Below are positions 7,403 to 13,269 of a stretch of 13,269 bases of DNA, in pieces. The stretch spans positions 1-13,269 of the forward strand of contig JBHLOC010000073.1 in assembly GCA_048940925.1 (NCBI GenBank), in the 5' to 3' direction. A model generated the notes under the pieces. The model worked only from the letters and a program-made list of their open reading frames with translations, was not told where the DNA came from and made no database searches. Position 1 is the stretch's first letter. Each line of letters starts with the position of its first letter. A program made the translations under genes and the position numbers. The stretch comes from Promethearchaeota archaeon. Its GTDB lineage: Archaea; Asgardarchaeota; Lokiarchaeia; Sigyniarchaeales; SOKP01.

Positions 7403-9604
7403 CTAAAAAGCAATAGAACCTTTTGATATTTGAAGTGAAAGTCTAGCAAGCAAATAAGAAATTGATGATTCAGCCCCTTGATTCATGTTTAGAGAATACT
7501 TCCCAATACCATCGTGGCAACCACCAGTTAAATTGTTGTAAACTTCTTGATTCAGAGAATTTTTTCCAAGGAACCAAGTAAATGCTTCGATTGCAAGTTT
7601 CATATACCTATTCTCTTTAGTAGTATCATATGCAACGCACAATGTTTGTACCATTGAAGCAACATCAACTGGTTGTTGGTCATAACTAGCTTTATGGCCA
7701 TTTTTAAGATACCATCCGTTCTGACCAATAGGAGCAAATTTTCCGTCTTTAAACGAAATAGAAATGAGGAAGTCTAAAGATTCTTTGGCAATTATTAAAT
7801 ATTTGTCATCTTTAGTTGTTTTATAGCAAAAAAAAAGAGCCTCAGGTAATTTACTATTTGAATAAGTAAGGTAATTTTCGAACCAGTTCCATTTCTCACT
7901 ATTACAATCCTTATAGAGCTGGGCTAGATAATCGGCTAATTTTTTAATTCTAATGACTTCAGAATTTTTTATTACATTATAGAAATAGAGTCCTATTAAA
8001 ATAAAAGAAATTGCTCTTGGAGATCTAATCTTGTCGACAGCTTTTTTTGCATTTTCAAAAATCAGTTCTGCCTCTACTCTTAATTCAATTGGAATATTTG
8101 TTGTAGCAATTAAATGACCAAGAGCCATCATTGCTCTTCCATGGGCGTCCTCGCTCCATTGCTCGAGATTTACAATCTTTTTGTAATTAACAAAATTATA
8201 CAACTTATTTTCATTTTTGTGGACATACTTTATAAAATTCAGATAAATTTTCATCATTTTCAATTTAGTATTATCTTTAAATAACTTATAATATAGAGTA
8301 CAAGCTAACAAGGCTCGAGCATTGTCATCTAGAGTATATCCAGATAATTTATCTGGTTTTGCATAATTTGCAAATTGCATTATCCCAAAATCATCCGTAA
8401 GATTCTTGATATGATCAAACTTGATTTCTGGATATGACATTCCACATTTTTCTAAATCAGGAATAACTCGCTTGAAAACATTATAATATGATATTGCTAC
8501 ATTTGGCCAGGTCATGCACCTAGAAAATGAATAATTATTTCTTTCCATTTCTTCTCTTAAGAGGGGATTTGATAATATTTTTATTAGAGCATTAGTATAT
8601 GAATTAGGATCTCTGAACTTTACTAAAAGACCTCTTTCAGGTGTAATAATATCTTTAGCATAAATGAAGGGTGTAGAGATAATCGCTCTACCGCAAGATA
8701 TTGCATATGCTAAAGTGCCACTAACAATCTGATTAGGATTCAGATTTGAAGAAATATAGATATCTGTTGCTAGTAGAAATTTTACTATTTCTTCTAGAGT
8801 CATATACCTATTATAGAATTCTACATTTTTTTCAAGGTCAAATTCCTTCACTTTTTCCTCGAGAAAATTTCTATACTTTTCTCCTTCTTTTTTCCTTACT
8901 TTGGGATGAGTCTTACCAATTATTAAATATAAAATATTAGAATATTTTTTAACAACCTCAGTTAACGACTCAATTACATATTCATAACCTTTCCCAGAGT
9001 TAATCAGGCCAAAAGACGATAAAACAATTTTATCATCAATGCCTATTACTGTTTTTTCTTTTATACTGTCATCAAATGACACTGTTGGCGTTCCATGAGG
9101 TATTACGAATATCTCTTTTTTAATATCATAATCTTTTCTTAAAATTTCGATCCCCTTGTTAGTCATAACAACTAAATAAGAGGATTTTTTTGCTAGCTTG
9201 CGAACGATTTTTTTTAATTTATCCTCTGGATTTGGGATGACTGTATGGAAGGATATGACGACTGGTTTTTTCACAATTTCTAAAAATTTTATTAAATAAT
9301 TTCCATATTCTCCACCAAAAATACCAAATTCGTGTTGTATATTTATTAACTTTATAGAATTTATCTCATTTACTCTTTTCGCTGCCTTTTTATATGCTGA
9401 AATATCATTATCGGCAATATCAAATAAAACATCTTTAATATTTTCATAATTATTATCGTTATTATTATTCATAACGAGGATTTTTGATTTTATAAAAGGA
9501 GAAAATTTCTTATCCATTGCTGTTCTTAAATCTTTTGTAAAAGTAGCAATCCCACACTTTCTGGGAGGATATGTGGCCATATAAAGGATCCAATTAGATT
9601 CCAT
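7403..9604 (-). CDS. GT4 (GT-B) glycosyltransferase fused to a C-terminal (alpha/alpha)6 six-hairpin-glycosidase-like domain
   Basis: N-terminal half: TYPPRKCGIATFT, IQHEFGIFGG, IPHG, SFGLINSGKG, QIVSGTLAYA. C-terminal half: GYTLDDNARAL, SEDAHGRA, WNWFENYLTY, DQQPVD, TGGCHDG, NQGAES. Confidence 0.9.
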   Translation of the reverse strand: MESNWILYMATYPPRKCGIATFTKDLRTAMDKKFSPFIKSKILVMNNNNDNNYENIKDVLFDIADNDISAYKKAAKRVNEINSIKLINIQHEFGIFGGEYGNYLIKFLEIVKKPVVISFHTVIPNPEDKLKKIVRKLAKKSSYLVVMTNKGIEILRKDYDIKKEIFVIPHGTPTVSFDDSIKEKTVIGIDDKIVLSSFGLINSGKGYEYVIESLTEVVKKYSNILYLIIGKTHPKVRKKEGEKYRNFLEEKVKEFDLEKNVEFYNRYMTLEEIVKFLLATDIYISSNLNPNQIVSGTLAYAISCGRAIISTPFIYAKDIITPERGLLVKFRDPNSYTNALIKILSNPLLREEMERNNYSFSRCMTWPNVAISYYNVFKRVIPDLEKCGMSYPEIKFDHIKNLTDDFGIMQFANYAKPDKLSGYTLDDNARALLACTLYYKLFKDNTKLKMMKIYLNFIKYVHKNENKLYNFVNYKKIVNLEQWSEDAHGRAMMALGHLIATTNIPIELRVEAELIFENAKKAVDKIRSPRAISFILIGLYFYNVIKNSEVIRIKKLADYLAQLYKDCNSEKWNWFENYLTYSNSKLPEALFFCYKTTKDDKYLIIAKESLDFLISISFKDGKFAPIGQNGWYLKNGHKASYDQQPVDVASMVQTLCVAYDTTKENRYMKLAIEAFTWFLGKNSLNQEVYNNLTGGCHDGIGKYSLNMNQGAESSISYLLARLSLQISKGSIAF

Positions 9605-9902
9605 TCTAAATCACATTTAAAAGATGAATATATCTAACAAAAAAAATAGGTTTTGCTTTTTTCATTAGAGATAAAGCAATTAAGTTAGAATCTTACCACT
9701 TTTAAATTTTTAGATGTTATTTATCCCAATTTTACTAGATAAGGCTCTGCTTTTTTGATTACAATGATAAAAAATGTCTGATCTTTAAAAAAACAGAAAA
9801 TTAAATTCCACAATATAAATTTCAATAAATTAATTTTAAAAAAAGACAAAAACATTAAAAAATTTAAGATCTTTAATATTTGAACTATTTTATTATTAAT
9901 TG

Positions 9903-11117
9903 TTATTCTATTGATCTAATGAATAATTCGTCTGAATCAAATCTACACAGAACTTTGTTTTCCCTTGCTAACCAACCAATTGCCATCAGTAAAACTTTTT
10001 CGTTTTGATGCAATAAATTCTTAAGGTGAGTTAAACTTTTTTCTTCTGTAAATGTAAGATTAAAAATCTGTCCTGCTAAAAAGCCAATCCCAACTTCTAG
10101 TTCAGACGCCAAGAGTTCGTGAAGAAGTTTATGCAGATTTACCGATACTACGGCTATTCTCTTATCGGCGGCACCATAATAAATATAAAGCCTTTCACCA
10201 AATATTGCAGTGCCTGTAGGGAAAACAACATTATTTATATCTCCAATTTTTTCATAATCTTCGGTTGGCGAAAAAAGAGGTTCTTTAAGTCGTCCTATTA
10301 CTTTAAGCGGATTTTGTTTATCAAGGAGGGCGACACTTGCGTGATACACCTTACCTTTATTAGAATCCTCTACAGAATGATATAACATAAGCCAACCTCT
10401 TTCAGTTTCTATTAATGGTGCTCCAGCACCGATATTTCTTGATTCGTATCCAAATTTTGGCTCCATTAAAACATAATCGCCTAATTTTTTTAGATAATCC
10501 TTCCAGAAATCGATTGTCAAATCTTTAAAATCATCGAAACAAACAATTTGAATATCAGGTAATATTCTATGGAACAGTACAAACTTATTGTTGTATTTTT
10601 TTGGAAAAATGAATGAATCTTTTTCCCATAGGAGTACATCTTCGGCCACGACATCCTTATAATATGATATAAAGAAGTGATACTTTTCTTTTAACTTTGA
10701 TAAACGGAAAAATTGCCCTGCTTCATCATATCTCATTTTAGCTGAAAGTATTCCATGTTTTTCCCACGTTTTTAAGTCTTTACTAGTTGCGTATGCTACT
10801 AACGCATTTTTTCCATCATAGGCCGTGTAAAACAGATAATAAGTACCATCAAGTAAAACGATTCTAGGATCTTCTGTACCATGTGTTTCATAATCATGTT
10901 CAGGAAACAATACAGGACTTTCTCTCCTTTCTACGATATTCAATGGCCCTTCCAATTTACAATAACCAATACTTGAATAATTTCCTTCTTTTACAGCCCG
11001 ATAGAATAAATGTAATGTATCTCCTTGCTGGACCACTGTAGGGTTTAATACAGCCTGATTTTCAAACTCATTCTCCGTTGCTTCCAAGAGAACTCCTTCT
11101 CTTCGTACTAGCACCAT
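9903..11117 (-). CDS. GH130 beta-mannoside phosphorylase/mannosidase-like enzyme with a C-terminal DUF2582-like winged-helix domain
   Basis: GH130 motifs VLNP, FYRA, EDPR, YTAYDG, EKD, HR, IGAG, LYH, NVVFPTG, YYGAAD. The tail reads GIGFLAGQIF...MAIGWLARENKV. I prefer the start at ATG 11117 (MVLVRREG) over the track's TTG at 11165. Confidence 0.88.
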   Translation of the reverse strand: MVLVRREGVLLEATENEFENQAVLNPTVVQQGDTLHLFYRAVKEGNYSSIGYCKLEGPLNIVERRESPVLFPEHDYETHGTEDPRIVLLDGTYYLFYTAYDGKNALVAYATSKDLKTWEKHGILSAKMRYDEAGQFFRLSKLKEKYHFFISYYKDVVAEDVLLWEKDSFIFPKKYNNKFVLFHRILPDIQIVCFDDFKDLTIDFWKDYLKKLGDYVLMEPKFGYESRNIGAGAPLIETERGWLMLYHSVEDSNKGKVYHASVALLDKQNPLKVIGRLKEPLFSPTEDYEKIGDINNVVFPTGTAIFGERLYIYYGAADKRIAVVSVNLHKLLHELLASELEVGIGFLAGQIFNLTFTEEKSLTHLKNLLHQNEKVLLMAIGWLARENKVLCRFDSDELFIRSIE

Positions 11118-11202
11118 AATTAGGTATAACGATTTCTTTCTTATTAATTCATGGATGGTATCCAATATTCTTGATTATAAGGGAGAGGGTGTTTCTTAAT
11201 AA

Positions 11203-11211
11203 TATATAAAA
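11203..11211 (-). promoter_or_regulatory. Putative TATA box for the GH130 gene
   Basis: TTTTATATA on the - strand about 90 nt upstream of ATG 11117. Confidence 0.4.
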
Positions 11212-11239
11212 GAATAGCTAATTAAATCGAATCGTAAGA

Positions 11240-11652
11240 ATGACTTTTATCAACTATTAATGAAAGATGTAATATTTGGTTAAAATGCTCATAAAAGTGT
11301 TTTGTATATTGCGACAAAACTCAGCAATATGAAACTCTGGCAGGTTTCTGGTATTATTGTCGTTCCTCTGATAATTCCCTTCACTATCACCTTGATAGGA
11401 TATATTAAGGAAAAGGAGGAAAAAAAGATTATAATATCTCTAGTAATTATCCGATTCTATCTCTTTTTGGAAGTATTATTAGACTACATCCCCTTAACTC
11501 CATTCAGAGAAATACACACACTTCATATCCTTTATCTTATAGTATTTTATATTGCTGAATTCGCCATGATAAGCGTGACTTTCAAAAAAAAGAAAATGAG
11601 ATAATTGGTTCTTGAAACATTCGATGTATTGATAGGATGTTTGATTTAGTAA
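11240..11652 (+). pseudogene. Probable decayed small membrane-protein gene
   Basis: The 11302-11604 frame continues with plausible protein on both sides of in-frame TAA stops: YQLLMKDVIFG*NAHKSVLYIATK... (stop 11281) and ...KKMR*LVLETFDVLIGCLI** (stop 11602). ATG 11240 is out of frame by one base at a T run. Charged residues or Pro occur inside TM-like segments (VIIRFYL, YIPLTP). Confidence 0.6.
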
Positions 11653-11748
11653 ACTAAATTAATGTAAAAATGCATTAAAATTCTATGAAAAGTGTTTAAA
11701 ACATAGATTATAACAAATTTCGATCTTTTTATGAAATATTAAACGAAA

Positions 11749-12309
11749 TTAAGTCGAGTTCTTGTTTTTTTCGAATAACCTTGGTAAAAAATTGACTAAT
11801 TCACCCATCTCTTCTTTGTTATGCTTACGTAGCCCTTCGATAAACTGTTTTGGAACTCTGGCAGGTAATCGAAACGTTGTGCGTAACTTTGTTCCCTTTT
11901 CAATTGATTCATATTCATGTAAAGCCCAACTTGTTGGATTGTCATTGTGATCAAGCATACTCCCTACTAATGCATGGTCATACTCAATTGGTATTGGTGA
12001 AGTACTCGGATCTTCCCATCGGATTCTTAACGTACTGGAGACTCCACCAATATTTTCATCAACCTTATGAACCGCCCCAATATGACCTTTTTCAGGCGAA
12101 ACTTCCCACTGAAAAGATTGATGGTCTTTCGGGTGCCATAATTTATAACGCTCGGTTGTATCTATATTATCCCACCACCAATCTATCATTTCTGGTGTAA
12201 CTCCATGTAATATATGATCGACTACTACATCGATCGTTTGACCTTTTGACATCTTAAGCATTTGTTCCATAATTTTATTCGATTCGTTACTCAGAGGCTC
12301 TTTTGACAT
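11749..12309 (-). CDS. DAPG (2,4-diacetylphloroglucinol) hydrolase PhlG-like protein
   Basis: Motifs GVTPEMIDWWW, RYKLWHPKDH, HxVDENIGG and HNKEEMGELxxFLP are typical of the family. The start is placed at ATG 12309 because a GGAG SD lies at 12323-12320. Confidence 0.85.
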   Translation of the reverse strand: MSKEPLSNESNKIMEQMLKMSKGQTIDVVVDHILHGVTPEMIDWWWDNIDTTERYKLWHPKDHQSFQWEVSPEKGHIGAVHKVDENIGGVSSTLRIRWEDPSTSPIPIEYDHALVGSMLDHNDNPTSWALHEYESIEKGTKLRTTFRLPARVPKQFIEGLRKHNKEEMGELVNFLPRLFEKNKNST

Positions 12310-12447
12310 ATTTTTTAATCTCCATTTCAATAAAAACAACTTCTTAATAAAAGCTAATGATTAGTTGTTTTTAAACTCACAATTTTCCAATTTAAAATTC
12401 TTTAAGGAAGCTATGAATCATTAAGAAAGGAAAACCGGAATTTCGTT

Positions 12448-12490
12448 AAAGGTCAATTCAGAGTCTGATTTCAATGTAAATCATTTGAAA
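12448..12490 (+). repeat. Dispersed ~44-bp palindromic intergenic element, copy 3
   Basis: AAAGGTCAATTCAGAGTCTGATTTCAATGTAAATCATTTGAAA; 31/34 match to the three-copy consensus over its first 34 nt. Confidence 0.88.
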
Positions 12491-12543
12491 TTTACTCATC
12501 TTTTCTCCTCTTCTAAATATATAATAACACGGTTGTAAGGATA

Positions 12544-12720
12544 TTATGTGTCATAATCTGATTCGTGGAATTCGTCTCCTTTTTCTCCCATTTCCTCATC
12601 CTCATCATTTTTTTCATTCCAGTCCCGGTCTTCTTCTTTTGTTTTGGCTTCCTCGCGATTTCTACTTATCTCATTCCATTTATCAAATTTAAATTGCTTT
12701 TTACCTTTATTTCTTTTCAT
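12544..12720 (-). CDS. Small highly charged protein (58 aa), basic N-terminus and acidic C-terminus; below the ORF-track cutoff
   Basis: ATG 12720 to TAA 12546-12544 encodes MKRNKGKKQFKFDKWNEISRNREEAKTKEEDRDWNEKNDEDEEMGEKGDEFHESDYDT. The coding strand is purine-rich and higher in GC than the flanks, with an AT-rich TATA-like region upstream. Confidence 0.65.
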   Translation of the reverse strand: MKRNKGKKQFKFDKWNEISRNREEAKTKEEDRDWNEKNDEDEEMGEKGDEFHESDYDT

Positions 12721-13269
12721 AATTGTCTTTCTTAAGTATTTGTTCTAATATGCATAACAAATTTTTATTTATAATTTTAAGTATGAAAAGTTTAAATTAT
12801 AAGATTTCTAAAACTGTTAATTACTCTGATCCAAGAATAATTTTAATAGAGTACACTTTATATTTATCCTAACACGTTATAAATGCAATAGAAATATATC
12901 TTTTTCTAATTTCTTTCCTAAATTTAGTATCTCCCTCCCCCGTGGTGCCCCCTCCTAATAATAGGAAATAAAAGAACTTATTAATAACAATTTATCTTTA
13001 AAACTGTCTTTATGGTTTAATTTCTATTTTTAAACCTAAATTTTATACATATATATAAGGTTTAACGTGAAATACCCGAATTTAATCTGGTTTGATTAGT
13101 GCAAATAAACAAGGTTATTATAATGGCTATCTTTTCTTTTTTAATTTTTTCTTTTGAAAATAAAAAAATTATAGAAAAAGCTAAAAAGAAGTCATTATTA
13201 TCATATTAGATTATAAAGATATGTTTTGAATTTAACTGAATCCTAGATTTTCAAATCGCACATTGAGTT

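Noticed and set aside
9756-9837. Weak matches to the element (TGATTACAATGATAA; AAAATTAAATTC...ATTTCAAT), plus a similar one near 11658-11670
   Set aside because: They lack the GAGTCTG core, have wrong spacing and are explainable by AT richness.
11118-11165. Longer GH130 start (TTG 11165), and likewise the longer PhlG-like start (12339)
   Set aside because: The extensions are not domain-like. The downstream ATGs (11117, and 12309 with a GGAG SD) fit better.
5806-12200. ORFs 5806-6126, 8746-8940, 10119-10385, 11762-11950 and 11850-12200
   Set aside because: All are antisense to well-supported genes.
1870-12490. Dispersed element as a CRISPR repeat: it contains ATTGAAA, and its reverse strand has TTGAAATCAGAC, reminiscent of some archaeal repeats
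   Set aside because: Copies are kilobases apart with no 30-45-nt spacer periodicity and there are no cas genes.
1870-12490. Dispersed element as a canonical integron attC or dif site
   Set aside because: No RYYYAAC...GTTRRRY core arrangement, not one site per gene, no 11-6-11 dif layout and no integrase in the window. Kept only as a functional analogy.
12869-12991. Minus-strand frame reading FLLLGGGTTGEGDTKF, resembling a P-loop
   Set aside because: No ATG/GTG/TTG start after the upstream stop, no GK(S/T), and only about 40 codons; it is a by-product of the G-rich tract.
12721-13269. Replication origin (AT-rich stretch plus G-string)
   Set aside because: No recognisable repeated ORB consensus and no cdc6/orc1 gene within the window.
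1-13269. tRNA, rRNA, transposase or integrase genes
   Set aside because: No cloverleaf, rRNA-like GC-rich stretch or DDE/tyrosine-recombinase motifs seen.

Overview
AT-rich, gene-dense accessory region. It is most likely archaeal, and Lokiarchaeota/Asgard-like by inference from TTTATA boxes with purine-rich BRE, GAGGTG ribosome-binding sites, oligo-T tracts and a Thermococcales-type WOR5 operon. Gene order: truncated flavodoxin (-), class C beta-lactamase-like serine hydrolase (-), polyferredoxin plus tungsten aldehyde:ferredoxin oxidoreductase of the WOR5 type (+), CPBP/CAAX intramembrane protease (-), 6-TM membrane protein (+), 135-aa orphan (-), GT4 glycosyltransferase fused to an (alpha/alpha)6 domain (-), GH130 enzyme with a C-terminal DUF2582-like winged helix (-), a decayed membrane-protein gene (+), a PhlG/DAPG-hydrolase-like protein (-), and a 58-aa basic/acidic small ORF missed by the ORF track (-). 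The most striking unexplained signal is a ~44-bp doubly palindromic intergenic element found three times in the same orientation (1870, 4619, 12448). Two of the copies bracket the WOR5 operon as direct repeats. All family calls come from motifs read by eye; no database search was run.
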